Of a stretch of 64,000 nt of DNA, positions 40,010 through 50,084 are shown one piece after another (within the stretch, counting starts at the first letter, position 1; every line of letters begins with the position of its first letter). The notes under the pieces are model-generated. The model was given only the letters and a program-made list of their open reading frames with translations. It had not been told where the DNA came from and ran no database searches. The stretch comes from an uncultured Collinsella sp. (GTDB taxonomy: Bacteria > Actinomycetota > Coriobacteriia > Coriobacteriales > Coriobacteriaceae), in assembly GCA_905197665.1 (NCBI GenBank), contig CAJJZP010000004.1, positions 48,491 to 112,490 of the forward strand. The letters are read 5' to 3'. Both the position numbers and the translations under genes were made by a program.

Positions 40010-41890
40010 ATGTGCGGTTTTGTCGGTTTTGTCGGTGGGACGGATAACCAATCCGAGGTGCTCACCAAGATGATGGACCGCATCGTCCATCGTGGTCCCG
40101 ACATGGGCGGTCAGTTTATCGACGGCCGCGTTGCCCTCGGCTTCCGCCGCTTGTCGATCCTCGACCTGACCGAGGCTGGCGCCCAACCTATGGCCAACGA
40201 GGACGGTAGCGTCGTCATTGTCTTCAACGGCGAGATCTACAACTTCCAAGAACTCCGTTCCGAGCTCGAGGCCAAGGGCTACAAGTTCCACTGCGGCGCC
40301 GACACCGAGAGCCTTCTGCACGGCTACGAGGAGTGGGGCGAGGCCGTACTCGATCGCCTGCGCGGCATGTACGCCTTCGTCATCTGGGACAAGAAGAAGA
40401 ACAAGCTCTTTGGCGCCCGCGATATCTTTGGCATCAAGCCGCTCTACTACTATCCCATGGCCGATGCGGGCGACGGCGCTCCGGGCGTGCTCTTTGGCTC
40501 CGAGATCAAGAGCTTCCTGGACTACCCGCACTTCCACAAGGCGGTCAACAAAAAGGCCCTGCGTCCGTACATGACGCTGCAGTATTCGGCAACCGAGGAG
40601 ACTTTCTTCGAGGGTGTCTACAAGCTGCCGCCGGCGCATTACTTTACCGTAGACATCCCGACCGGCAAGATGAACATCGAGCGCTATTGGGATTGCGATT
40701 ACTCTGCCGTCGAGAAGCCGTTCGAGGAGTACGTCGACGAGCTGGACGAGGTCGTGCACGAGAGCGTCGAGGCCCATCGCATCGCTGATGTTAAGGTCGC
40801 TTCGTTCCTCTCCGGCGGCGTCGACTCCAGCTATATCGCCGCTTGTCTCATGCCCGACAAGACCTTCTCGGTGGGCTTCGATTACAAGAATTTCAACGAG
40901 ACCAACTACGCCAAGGAACTTTCTGACAAGCTCGGCGTCGAGAATGTCCGCAAGATGATAACCGCCGACGAGTTCTTCGGTGCGCTCGAGGACATCCAGT
41001 ATCACATGGACGAGCCGCAGTCCAACCTGTCTTCCGTGCCGCTGTGGTTCTTGGCCGAGATGGCCCGCAAGGACGTCACCGTCGTGCTTTCGGGCGAAGG
41101 CGCCGACGAGCTCTTTGGCGGCTACGCCTACTACGAGGACACGGTCCCAGTCCGCAAGTACAAAAAGATGGTGCCGCTGCCCATCCGTCGCGCGCTCGGT
41201 AACCTGGCGCTGCATATGCCGTACTTCAAGGGCCATAACTTCCTGGTCAAGGGTGCCGAGATCCCTGAGAAGTCGTTCCTGGGACAGGCTCTGGTATGGC
41301 CGGAGCGCGAGGTCGACGGCGTGCTCAAGCCCGAGTACAACACCGGCGATGGCGCCTTCGAGCTTGCCGCTCCCATCTATGCGCGCGTGAAGGGTCAGCC
41401 CGAGCTGGTCAAGAAGCAGTACCTGGACATGAACATGTGGCTTCCGGGCGACATTCTGCTCAAGGCCGACAAGATGTGCATGGCGCACTCGCTGGAGCTG
41501 CGCGTGCCCTTCCTGGACCGCAAAGTCATGGAGTTCGCCGAGCACATTCCCGACCGCTACCGCATCAACGAGAACGGCAACAAACAGGTACTCCGCCACG
41601 CTGCCAACAAGTCGCTGCCCGATGAGTGGGCCACCCGTCCCAAGGTGGGCTTCCCGGTGCCGATTGTCTACTGGCTGCGCGAGCAAAAGTGGTACGACTA
41701 TGTCAAGGAGTACTTCACCGCGCCGTGGGCAAGCGAGTTCTTCGATACCGACGAGCTCATGCACCTGCTCGATCTGCACTTTGCGGGCAAGGGCGATTTC
41801 CAGCGCAAGATCTATACGCCGCTCGTGTTCCTGGTGTGGTACAAGCGCTTCTTTATCGACGAGGACCAGCCCGCTGTTCAGGCTGCCTAG
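40010..41890 (+). CDS. asnB: Asparagine synthase (glutamine-hydrolysing) family amidotransferase
   Basis: MCG N-terminal Cys, HRGPD, FNGEIYN, LSGGVDSS, SGEGADELFGGY and LELRVPFLD motifs. Confidence 0.93.
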   Translation: MCGFVGFVGGTDNQSEVLTKMMDRIVHRGPDMGGQFIDGRVALGFRRLSILDLTEAGAQPMANEDGSVVIVFNGEIYNFQELRSELEAKGYKFHCGADTESLLHGYEEWGEAVLDRLRGMYAFVIWDKKKNKLFGARDIFGIKPLYYYPMADAGDGAPGVLFGSEIKSFLDYPHFHKAVNKKALRPYMTLQYSATEETFFEGVYKLPPAHYFTVDIPTGKMNIERYWDCDYSAVEKPFEEYVDELDEVVHESVEAHRIADVKVASFLSGGVDSSYIAACLMPDKTFSVGFDYKNFNETNYAKELSDKLGVENVRKMITADEFFGALEDIQYHMDEPQSNLSSVPLWFLAEMARKDVTVVLSGEGADELFGGYAYYEDTVPVRKYKKMVPLPIRRALGNLALHMPYFKGHNFLVKGAEIPEKSFLGQALVWPEREVDGVLKPEYNTGDGAFELAAPIYARVKGQPELVKKQYLDMNMWLPGDILLKADKMCMAHSLELRVPFLDRKVMEFAEHIPDRYRINENGNKQVLRHAANKSLPDEWATRPKVGFPVPIVYWLREQKWYDYVKEYFTAPWASEFFDTDELMHLLDLHFAGKGDFQRKIYTPLVFLVWYKRFFIDEDQPAVQAA

Positions 41891-41916
41891 CCTCGGCTTA
41901 CGAACGCCTGCGCGTA

Positions 41917-41940
41917 ACGGCTCCTCCGGGAGCCGTTTTT
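41917..41940 (+). terminator. Intrinsic terminator
   Basis: aacggctcc-tccg-ggagccgttttt. Confidence 0.7.
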
Positions 41941-42002
41941 GCGTGGGTGCGTTTCAGTTACTATAAAAACCGTCCCTGCCAAATGGCTGAGAAAGGTGAA
42001 AG

Positions 42003-43565
42003 ATGCACCATTCGGATTCCGCGACCGTGACCACGGTCGATACGCTTGCCAAGCTTCTCGATGTGTGCGGCGAGCTGCGCGCATCAGAGCAGGTTGACGA
42101 GCGTGCCGTGACCGGCTGCTCGTTTGATTCGCGTACGGTCTCGGCGGGTGACGTGTTCTTTTGCAAAGGCACTGCCTTTAAGCCCGCGTTTTTGAGCATG
42201 GCGCTCGATGCGGGCGCCGTCGCATTTGTGTGCGAGGAGTCGCTGGTCGAGTCTCTGGAGCCGCTGGCGCAGGAGAGCGGTGCTGCGATGCTGGTTGTTG
42301 ATAGCGTTCGCACGGCCATGGCCCTGTTGCCGCCGGAGGTCTACGACCGTCCCGACCACGACGTCAAGATCGTGGGTATCACCGGTACCAAGGGAAAGAC
42401 CACGACCGCTTTTATGCTCCAGTCCATCATCAAAGCGGCGGGCGAGTCCTGCGGCATGATCGGCTCAGTGAACACCGACGATGGTATCGAGTGCTACGAG
42501 AGCACCAATACTACGCCCGAGGCCCCAGAGGTCTGGCGCCATATCGCCAACTGCCGCACGTCAGGTCGCCAGTCCATGGTCATGGAGGTCTCGAGCCAGG
42601 CGCTCAAGTACCAACGCGTCGAGAATCTGCCGTTTGACGTGGCGTGCTTCCTCAACATCGGCCGTGACCACATCTCACCGATCGAACACCCCACGTTTGA
42701 GGATTATTTTGAGAGCAAACTCAGGATCTTTGACCAGGCAAAGACCGCCGTGGTGAATCTGGGCACCGAAGAGGTTGACCGTGTGTTGGAGGCAGCGTCG
42801 ACGGCCGAGCGCTTGGTGACCGTTGGCGTCGAGCATCCCGAGGCAAGCCTGTGGGCGAGCGATGTGCGCATGGTCGGCTTTAACATCGAGTTTAACCTGC
42901 ATGGCCTGTGTGCCGACGAGTCCGAGGCGGGGGAGAAGGTCCTGCTGGGCATCGCGGGCGACTTTAACGTGGAAAACGCGCTGGTCGCTATCGCCGCTGC
43001 GCGCGAGATCGGCATCGGTATCGAGGCTATCAAGAAGGGCCTCTCCAAACTGCGTGTGCCGGGCCGTATGGAGGTCGTGGAGTCGAAGGACGGCCGCGTG
43101 ATCTGCGTCGTTGACTATGCGCACAACCAGCTTTCGTTCCGTTCGCTTTTCTCGTCGGTCAAGCGCGCGTTTCCCGCTAGTCCAGTCATTGCAGTGTTTG
43201 GCGCTGCCGGCGGCAAGGCGCAGGAGCGCCGCGAGCAGCTTCCGCGCGAGGCCGCACCATATTCCGACCTGATGATCTTTGCCAACGAGGACCCGGCTCA
43301 CGAGGACCCGATGAAGGTCTGTCGCGAGCTTGCCGAGCATGTTCCCGACGATACGCCGAACAAGATCATCCTCGACCGCGAAGCCGCTGTGCATGCGGCG
43401 TTCAAGGCGGCGCGCGAGGAGTACGTCAACCCCGATGCTCCCACCATTGTCTTGCTGCTGGCAAAGGGTGACGAGGAGCTCATGCACGTGGGCGACGAGT
43501 TCGTGCCCATCGAGAGCGACCTTTCGCTGGCCAATCGCCTGATCGATGTTACCCAGTTTGACTAA
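42003..43565 (+). CDS. murE: UDP-MurNAc-tripeptide ligase (MurE family, non-DNPR type)
   Basis: GITGTKGKTT, TTPE, MEVSSQALK, DHIS, PGRME and DYAHN motifs; NEDP in place of DNPR. Confidence 0.85.
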   Translation: MHHSDSATVTTVDTLAKLLDVCGELRASEQVDERAVTGCSFDSRTVSAGDVFFCKGTAFKPAFLSMALDAGAVAFVCEESLVESLEPLAQESGAAMLVVDSVRTAMALLPPEVYDRPDHDVKIVGITGTKGKTTTAFMLQSIIKAAGESCGMIGSVNTDDGIECYESTNTTPEAPEVWRHIANCRTSGRQSMVMEVSSQALKYQRVENLPFDVACFLNIGRDHISPIEHPTFEDYFESKLRIFDQAKTAVVNLGTEEVDRVLEAASTAERLVTVGVEHPEASLWASDVRMVGFNIEFNLHGLCADESEAGEKVLLGIAGDFNVENALVAIAAAREIGIGIEAIKKGLSKLRVPGRMEVVESKDGRVICVVDYAHNQLSFRSLFSSVKRAFPASPVIAVFGAAGGKAQERREQLPREAAPYSDLMIFANEDPAHEDPMKVCRELAEHVPDDTPNKIILDREAAVHAAFKAAREEYVNPDAPTIVLLLAKGDEELMHVGDEFVPIESDLSLANRLIDVTQFD

Positions 43566-43672
43566 TGAACCATGATGGCGGCGGCGCCCTGAGTGCGCTG
43601 TCGCCATAAGCGTGTTCCCTCAATCAAAACATGCCGTCCAAGTCCAAACCCTTCTACGTAAACGGAGTAACC

Positions 43673-44584
43673 ATGTCCCACAACACCCTGCCGACCGTTG
43701 CCGAGCTTTCGGGCGAGATGCGCGAGCGCTTGGCCAAGGTCAAGTACGTCTTTACCGACCTGGATGCCACGATGCTCGCGCCCGGCTCGTGCGTGCTGCG
43801 CGACAACGACGGTAACCCCTCGACCAAACTCGTCGAGGCCGTCGTGGCACTTGCCCGCGCTGGTATTCAGGTGGTTCCCACCTCGGGCCGCAACCGTACC
43901 ATGATCCACGAGGATGCGCGCGTGCTCGGCCTCAACTCCTACATCGGTGAGATGGGCGGCCTGGTCATGTACGACCTCAAAGCCAACGATTGGGAGTATC
44001 TGACCGGCGACATGCCCTACGACCCCTCTTGCGGTCTCACGCCGCACCAGGTGATCGAGCAGACCGGCGTGTGCGAGAAGATCCTCGCCCGCTGGCCGCA
44101 CAAGGTCGAGTATCACAACGACATGTCGACCGGCTACAAGTACCGCGAGGTCACCGTCGGCATGCGCGGCGACATCCCCGATGACGAGGCGCAGGCCATC
44201 CTCGACGAGGCCGGCTGCGGCCTGGTGTGGGCCTGTAACGGTCACCTGACGCATCTGTCCAAGCCGACGACGCTCGAGCTCGATCGCGTCGAGGACGGTC
44301 GCGCGTTTAACATCAATCCCGCCGGCCTCAACAAGGGCGTTGCCATCGCGCGCTTCTGCGAGCACCTGGGGATCGAGCGCGAGGAAACGCTCGCGCTCGG
44401 CGATTCCGAGTCCGACTTCTACATGGCCGATCACGTGGGCACGTTCTGCCTGGTCGAGAATGGCCTGACGAGCGCCGGCGCGCCCGAGTTCCTGGCTGCT
44501 TGCGAGAACGCTTTCGTTACGCGCGGCAAAATTGTCGACGGTTGGGCGGCGACGGCAGAGCTGCTGGTCGCGGCGCGTTCGTAG
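43673..44584 (+). CDS. HAD-superfamily (IIB, Cof-like) hydrolase
   Basis: DLDATML, SGR, NKG and GDSESD motifs; GGAG RBS. Confidence 0.85.
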   Translation: MSHNTLPTVAELSGEMRERLAKVKYVFTDLDATMLAPGSCVLRDNDGNPSTKLVEAVVALARAGIQVVPTSGRNRTMIHEDARVLGLNSYIGEMGGLVMYDLKANDWEYLTGDMPYDPSCGLTPHQVIEQTGVCEKILARWPHKVEYHNDMSTGYKYREVTVGMRGDIPDDEAQAILDEAGCGLVWACNGHLTHLSKPTTLELDRVEDGRAFNINPAGLNKGVAIARFCEHLGIEREETLALGDSESDFYMADHVGTFCLVENGLTSAGAPEFLAACENAFVTRGKIVDGWAATAELLVAARS

Positions 44585-44635
44585 CGCGGCGTCGCCGCAC
44601 TTGGACATGTCTTTTCGAGAGAGACTGGTGAGGTA

Positions 44636-45520
44636 ATGTCCGATATCGAGAATCCGACAGGCGACACGCGCCCGATTGGCGTGTTCGATTCTGGTTTGGG
44701 CGGTCTGACGGTTGCGCGCGCCATCGCGACGGTGCTGCCGCACGAGTCCGTCTACTACTTCGGCGACACCAAACGCTGCCCCTACGGCACGCGCACCGAG
44801 GATGAGGTGCGCTCGTTTGCGTTGCAGGCGGGCCGTTGGCTGTCGAAGCACGACGTCAAGATTATGGTCATCGCCTGCAACACGGCGACAGCTGCGGCCT
44901 TGCGTCTGGCCCAGCAGGTGCTCGACGTTCCCGTGATCGGCGTGATCGCGCCGGGTGCCCGTGCGGCAATCAACAGCACCCGTTCGCGTCGCGTGGGCGT
45001 GCTCGCCACCAACCTCACCATTCGCTCGGGCGCCTACACGCGCGCCATTCAGGATCTAGATGCCGGCGTCGATGTATACGGTTGTCCTGCCTCGAGCTTT
45101 GTCGAGGTTGTCGAACACGAGCTCGCCTCGGGCGCGCATCTGCAAGAGCAGTGGCTCGAGAACGAGGACATCTTCGATACGCCAGCCGTGCGAGCGCTGG
45201 TCGGCGCAACGGTTGAGCCGCTGCGCGATCGCGGAATCGATACCGTGGTGCTCGGCTGTACGCACTTTCCGCTGCTCGTGGGGCCTATTCGCCATGCGCT
45301 GGGGCCCGGGGTGCGTGTGGTGAGTTCCGCCGAGGAGACTACGCGCGAGCTGACCGATATCCTCACGCGCCGCGAGCAGCTGGCGGGCGACGCTGCCGAG
45401 CCTCAGCATCGCTTTGCGACGACGGCCGATAACATTGCCGAGTTTGCGGTGGCGGGTAGCTTTATCTTTGGCCAGCCGCTCAAGAGCATCGAACATATTG
45501 ATATCGACGAACTGAAATAG
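44636..45520 (+). CDS. murI: Glutamate racemase
   Basis: FDSGLGGLTV, PYG, ACNTA and LGCTHFP motifs. Confidence 0.96.
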   Translation: MSDIENPTGDTRPIGVFDSGLGGLTVARAIATVLPHESVYYFGDTKRCPYGTRTEDEVRSFALQAGRWLSKHDVKIMVIACNTATAAALRLAQQVLDVPVIGVIAPGARAAINSTRSRRVGVLATNLTIRSGAYTRAIQDLDAGVDVYGCPASSFVEVVEHELASGAHLQEQWLENEDIFDTPAVRALVGATVEPLRDRGIDTVVLGCTHFPLLVGPIRHALGPGVRVVSSAEETTRELTDILTRREQLAGDAAEPQHRFATTADNIAEFAVAGSFIFGQPLKSIEHIDIDELK

Positions 45521-45575
45521 ATGTAGGGTTACCGTCCAAAGACTTGCCCTCTTCTTCTGCCGAAAGGATATTTCT

Positions 45576-46301
45576 ATGGAGTACATGCAGGTCAACCGCG
45601 CCAACGGCCGTGCCGCCAATGAACTGCGCCCCGTCAAGCTCACCCGTGGCGTCATGAAGCACGCCCACGGCTCGTGTTTTGCCGAGTTCGGTGACACGCG
45701 CGTGTTGTGCGCCGCCACAATCGAGGAGGGCGTGCCGGGCTGGCGAAAGGGAGCTAAGGCCGGCTGGGTAACCGCAGAGTATGCCATGCTGCCGGCGTCG
45801 ACCGGCAAGCGCTGCAAGCGCGAGCACGCCAACCGCAAGGGTCGCTCCATGGAGATCGAGCGCCTCATTGGCCGCAGCCTGCGTACCGTCGTCAACATGA
45901 AGGCGCTCGGCGAGTACACCGTCACCGTCGACTGCGATGTGATTCAGGCCGATGGCGGCACGCGTACAGCGAGCATCACCGGCGCCTGGGTGGCGCTGCA
46001 CGACGCCCTCGCCATGTGGGTCGAGGCGGGCAAGATCGAGCGCATCCCGCTTACCGGCCAGGTGGCTGCAATCTCCATGGGCGTTGTCGACGGCAATACG
46101 CTGCTTGACCTCGATTATTCCGAGGACAGCCATGCCGAAGTCGACATGAACCTCGTCGCCACCGACACCGGTGAGATGATCGAGCTCCAGGGCACTGGCG
46201 AGCAGGCGCCCTTTGACCGTAAGCGCCTCAACGCCCTGCTCGACTTGGGCGACAAAGGCATCGCCGAGCTCATCGAGCTTCAGCGCCAAGCCATCGCCTA
46301 A
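45576..46301 (+). CDS. rph: Ribonuclease PH
   Basis: GWVTAEYAMLP, EI.RLIGRSLR, QADGGTRTA and LDLDY.EDS motifs. Confidence 0.96.
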   Translation: MEYMQVNRANGRAANELRPVKLTRGVMKHAHGSCFAEFGDTRVLCAATIEEGVPGWRKGAKAGWVTAEYAMLPASTGKRCKREHANRKGRSMEIERLIGRSLRTVVNMKALGEYTVTVDCDVIQADGGTRTASITGAWVALHDALAMWVEAGKIERIPLTGQVAAISMGVVDGNTLLDLDYSEDSHAEVDMNLVATDTGEMIELQGTGEQAPFDRKRLNALLDLGDKGIAELIELQRQAIA

Positions 46302-46356
46302 CCTGCCAAAAAGGGACAGGTTTATTTTGGCAGGTTTTATCTGGGAAAACGTCGAA
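46299..46356. repeat. REP-like element, near-identical to 16026-16083
   Basis: taacctgccaaaaagggacaggtttattttggcaggttttatctgggaaaacgtcgaa. Confidence 0.85.
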
Positions 46357-46444
46357 GTATAAGACTGCCGTTGATTGAGAGGGGAGAGGCGGAGGCCCTC
46401 GTCGCCCTCGGCGCGGCATTGCTATAGAGACAAGGAGACCACTC

Positions 46445-47086
46445 ATGGCACTTGAGAAGATCGACATCGACACCCTCGACCCGGCGGCGACCATCGTCGT
46501 GGCAACGGGCAACGCCCATAAGCTCACCGAGATCGAGGCCATTTTGGGCAAGGTCATGCCCGAGGTTCGCTTTGTGGCGCTCGGCCAGCTGGGCGATTTT
46601 GAGGACCCCGAGGAAAACGGCACGACGTTTTTGGAGAACGCCATCATCAAGGCGCAGGCTGCCGTCGAAGAGACGGGGCTCATGGCCATTGCCGACGATT
46701 CGGGCCTGGTCGTCGACGCACTGGACGGTGAGCCCGGTGTGTATAGCGCGCGCTACGCGGGCGTTCACGGCGACGATACCGCCAACAACGCCAAGCTGCT
46801 CGTGAATCTGGAGGGCGTGGCCGACGAGGACCGCACTGCGCGCTTTATGAGCGTCGTCGCGCTCATCGATACGGACGGCCTGGTCACCTATGGCGAGGGC
46901 GCCTGCGAGGGCGTTATCGCGCACGAGGGTCGCGGCGATCACGGCTTTGGCTACGACCCGCTGTTCCTGCCGGTCGATACGCCGGGCAAGACTATGGCCG
47001 AGCTCACGGCGGACGAGAAGAACGCCATCAGCCATCGATTCCATGCGCTCGAGCACCTATCCGCCAAACTGACGGGCGAGGAGTAA
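46445..47086 (+). CDS. rdgB: Non-canonical purine NTP pyrophosphatase (RdgB/HAM1)
   Basis: ATGNAHK, ADDSGL, PGVYSARY, FGYDP and SHR motifs. Confidence 0.95.
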   Translation: MALEKIDIDTLDPAATIVVATGNAHKLTEIEAILGKVMPEVRFVALGQLGDFEDPEENGTTFLENAIIKAQAAVEETGLMAIADDSGLVVDALDGEPGVYSARYAGVHGDDTANNAKLLVNLEGVADEDRTARFMSVVALIDTDGLVTYGEGACEGVIAHEGRGDHGFGYDPLFLPVDTPGKTMAELTADEKNAISHRFHALEHLSAKLTGEE

Positions 47087-47089
47087 GCC

Positions 47090-47536
47090 GTGCGTGCGGT
47101 GGTGCAGCGCGTACTCAATGCCGGCGTGACAGTCGACGGCGAGTGCGTGGGCAAAATTGGGCGCGGCTATCTGGTGCTGTTGGGCGTGGGCCACGGCGAC
47201 ACGCGCGCCGAGGCTGATAAGCTGTGGGGCAAGCTCCGCGGCTTGCGTATTAACGAGGACGAGAACGGCAAGACCAACCTGGCACTTGCCGATGTCGACG
47301 GCGAGGTTCTCGTGGTGTCACAGTTCACGCTGTTCGCCGACTGCCGCCACGGCCGCCGTCCGTCGTTTACCGATGCAGGCGCCCCCGATGTTGCCAACGA
47401 GCTCTACGAGTACTTCCTGACGCTCGTTCGTCAAGATGTCGAACACGTGGCGCACGGCATCTTTGGCGCCGATATGAAAGTCGACTTGGTCAACGACGGC
47501 CCATTCACCATCGTCTTGGACACCGATAGTCTTTAG
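47090..47536 (+). CDS. dtd: D-aminoacyl-tRNA deacylase
   Basis: MRAVVQRV, SQFTL, GRRPSF and FGADM.V.LVNDGP motifs. Confidence 0.96.
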   Translation: MRAVVQRVLNAGVTVDGECVGKIGRGYLVLLGVGHGDTRAEADKLWGKLRGLRINEDENGKTNLALADVDGEVLVVSQFTLFADCRHGRRPSFTDAGAPDVANELYEYFLTLVRQDVEHVAHGIFGADMKVDLVNDGPFTIVLDTDSL

Positions 47537-47564
47537 GTTACGCGGTTTTACCAAACCGCGTAAC
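47537..47564. repeat. gttacgcggtt palindrome (second REP-like family)
   Basis: gttacgcggtt-ttacca-aaccgcgtaac; second copy at 52053-52079. Confidence 0.75.
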
Positions 47565-47718
47565 AACTGGTCATGCGAGGTTGTCGTCTGGTACGTATTT
47601 GGACGGGGTTTATTTAGCTACTTGCGTATGGCGGCAGCAGGGTGCTATAGTATTAGAGTTTTGTCTATCTTAGGGGTATTATCCCCTTTTTGAATTGCAT
47701 CTTCTGGAGGCCCTGTTC

Positions 47719-48015
47719 ATGGAAGAGATGGAAGTCAATCACGTCGACGACATCCACGAGAAGCTGACCGATATGGTGGGCGATCGCGTTAAGGTGAAGG
47801 CCAACATGGGCCGCACCCGCGTCGTCGAGCGCATGGGCACCATCAAGAGCGTCCATCCGGCAGTCTTTATCGTCGAGGTCGACGAGCGCCGTGGCCGCAA
47901 GTCGCGTCAGTCCTACCAGTATATTGATGTTCTCACCGGCCAGGTCGAGCTGTTCGACCCCGAGAGCGGCGAGCACATTTTTACCCCGCTCGGCAATCAG
48001 CTCGAGGAGCACTAG
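47719..48015 (+). CDS. veg: Veg-family protein
   Basis: G.RVKVKAN.GR....ER.G.I....PAVFIVE...SYQYIDVLT pattern; upstream of ispE. Confidence 0.85.
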   Translation: MEEMEVNHVDDIHEKLTDMVGDRVKVKANMGRTRVVERMGTIKSVHPAVFIVEVDERRGRKSRQSYQYIDVLTGQVELFDPESGEHIFTPLGNQLEEH

Positions 48016-48017
48016 CG

Positions 48018-48926
48018 GTGACCGATTGGTCCCTGACCCTTTCCGCGCCGGCAAAGATCAACCTCTATCTGGGGGTTCATACCGAGCGTGACGACCGCGG
48101 CTACCATAAGGTCGATTCCCTGATGGCAGCCGTCGGTCTTGTCGATACCGTGACGGTTACGCCGGCACAGGCGCTGACCGTCCAGACGATTCCGACATCC
48201 GACTTTCCCATGCAAAAGAATACGGCGTATCGTGCAGCCGCTGCTATGGCCGAGCATTATGGTCGCGAGGCAAACATCTGCGTGACGATTGAGAAGCGCA
48301 TTCCATTGTGCGCCGGCTTGGGCGGCCCCTCGACGGATGCGGCCGCGGTCATTGTTGCCTTGGCGGAGCTCTGGGGAATTGATCGCACCGACCCCGCGCT
48401 CGACGACATTGCACGGGGCATTGGCGCTGACGTTCCCTTCTTTTTGCATGCCAGCCCTGCATTTTACGTGGGTGGGGGAGACGTGCTGGCAACCGAGTAC
48501 CCCGCACTTCCCGCGACACCCGTCGTGCTGGTTAAGCCGCGCGAGGCAAGCGTTTCAACAATTGAAGCCTATCGACGTTTTGACGAGACCCCAGCGCCTG
48601 CGGACAAGCCCGGAGCGATCGCATCTGCCCTTCGCTCGGGAGACGCAGAGGCGGCCTACGCGCTCGTCCACAACAACCTGGGTGTCATTTCCGCGCAGAT
48701 GGAGCCGCGGATTCAAACGGTGCTCGACTGGCTTCGTTCACAGGACGGTACCATTGCCACAAACGTGTGCGGTTCGGGTGCCTGCTCGTTTGCTCTCTGC
48801 GATAGCGCCGCCACGGCAGCCAATCTTGCGGCGACGGCTCAACAAAACGGCTGGTGGGCTTATGCAACGGAGCTCGTTTCCGACACGGTTCGCATTGAAG
48901 CGCCAAAGAAACAAAAATTTATCTAG
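48018..48926 (+). CDS. ispE: 4-(CDP)-2-C-methyl-D-erythritol kinase
   Basis: APAKINLYL, KRIP..AGLGG.S.DAAA and GADVPFF motifs. Confidence 0.94.
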   Translation: MTDWSLTLSAPAKINLYLGVHTERDDRGYHKVDSLMAAVGLVDTVTVTPAQALTVQTIPTSDFPMQKNTAYRAAAAMAEHYGREANICVTIEKRIPLCAGLGGPSTDAAAVIVALAELWGIDRTDPALDDIARGIGADVPFFLHASPAFYVGGGDVLATEYPALPATPVVLVKPREASVSTIEAYRRFDETPAPADKPGAIASALRSGDAEAAYALVHNNLGVISAQMEPRIQTVLDWLRSQDGTIATNVCGSGACSFALCDSAATAANLAATAQQNGWWAYATELVSDTVRIEAPKKQKFI

Positions 48927-48963
48927 CACGCGGCGAAAATCTTTGTTACTATAGTCGAGCTAA

Positions 48964-49040
48964 CGGGTTGTGGCTCAGTTTGGTAGAGCACTGCGTTCGG
49001 GACGCAGGGGTCGCTGGTTCAAATCCAGTCAACCCGACCA
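48964..49040 (+). tRNA. tRNA-Pro (CGG)
   Basis: cgggttgtggctcagtttggtagagcactgcgttCGGgacgcaggggtcgctggttcaaatccagtcaacccgacca. Confidence 0.96.
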
Positions 49041-49050
49041 GAGCATGAGG

Positions 49051-49079
49051 AGGGACCGCTTCTTGCGGTCCCTTTTTTT
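49051..49079 (+). terminator. Terminator after tRNA-Pro
   Basis: agggaccgc-ttctt-gcggtccct followed by tttttt. Confidence 0.8.
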
Positions 49080-49152
49080 AGCTATTGTTGTGATACCGCG
49101 ATACCCGCGGTATACTCATTCGAGCTTGTCTCGCTGTATTGTGGAGGTCTAC

Positions 49153-49428
49153 ATGTTTGGACTGAGGGCTCCTGAGCTCATCATTATTCTCGTCGTTGTC
49201 CTGATTATCTTCGGGCCCAAGAACCTGCCGAAGCTCGGCAAGTCCCTCGGCTCTACCGTCAAGAATATCCGTGAGGGTATGGAGGGCGACGATAAGGCCG
49301 AGACCAAGCAGGCCGAGGAGGTCGTGGTCGAGCAGTCCGAGGAGGACAAGGAGATCGCTGAGCTCGAGGCCAAGCTCGCTGCTGCCAAGAAGAAGCAGGC
49401 AGAGGACAGCGACGCGGACGCAGAGTAG
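49153..49428 (+). CDS. tatA: Twin-arginine translocase TatA/TatE subunit
   Basis: MFGL...ELIIILVVVLIIFGPKNLPKLGKSLG; GGAGG RBS. Confidence 0.92.
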   Translation: MFGLRAPELIIILVVVLIIFGPKNLPKLGKSLGSTVKNIREGMEGDDKAETKQAEEVVVEQSEEDKEIAELEAKLAAAKKKQAEDSDADAE

Positions 49429-49534
49429 TCCCATCCCTTTGGGGTGAGCACCTGACCGGCTTGCCCGCAGGCTAGCCGGTCTTTTTCGTTTTGTTGACAG
49501 TTGATTGTTTGATCAGAGTTGGGGAGATATCCGT

Positions 49535-50005
49535 ATGGACGCAAGCCAGATCGTACTGACCGCTGAGGGCCGCCAGAAGCTCGTCGAGGAGCTCGCTTGG
49601 CGTGAGGGCGATTACGCCAAGGAGATCGTCGAGGACATCAAGGAAGCCCGCGCGTTCGGCGACCTTTCGGAGAACTCCGAGTACGACGCCGCTAAGGACA
49701 AGCAGGCCCAGAATGCTGCTCGCATTGCCGAGATTCAGGCCATCCTCGCCAACGCTCAGGTTGCTGCCACCACGGGCGATCTGACCGTCTCCATCGGTTC
49801 CACCGTTTCTCTGATCGATCCCAACGGTGAGGTCATGGAAGTCACGCTCGTCGGTACCACCGAGACCAACTCGCTCGAGCACAAGATCTCCAACGAGTCT
49901 CCGGTCGGCCATGCCATCATCGGTCACGGCGAGGGCGACTCCGTCGAGGTCGTTACGCCTTCCGGCAAGACTCGCGTCTACACCATCGCCAAGATCGCAC
50001 GCTAG
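49535..50005 (+). CDS. greA: Transcription elongation factor GreA
   Basis: LT.EG, AR.FGDLSENSEYDAAK and IS.ESPVG.AIIG motifs. Confidence 0.95.
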   Translation: MDASQIVLTAEGRQKLVEELAWREGDYAKEIVEDIKEARAFGDLSENSEYDAAKDKQAQNAARIAEIQAILANAQVAATTGDLTVSIGSTVSLIDPNGEVMEVTLVGTTETNSLEHKISNESPVGHAIIGHGEGDSVEVVTPSGKTRVYTIAKIAR

Positions 50006-50084
50006 ACCACGGTCCCGCGTAAAGGTATGTTTTCGCTCCCTGGGACCGAATCCTGGGGAGCGTTTTAATTTGAGGAGCTAACTT

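Noticed and set aside
48970..49152. N-terminal extension of the TatA ORF
   Set aside because: Reads through tRNA-Pro; the real start is 49153 after GGAGG.
50006..50084. T-box or lysine riboswitch before lysS
   Set aside because: The 79-bp gap is too short and lacks consensus motifs; only a simple hairpin.
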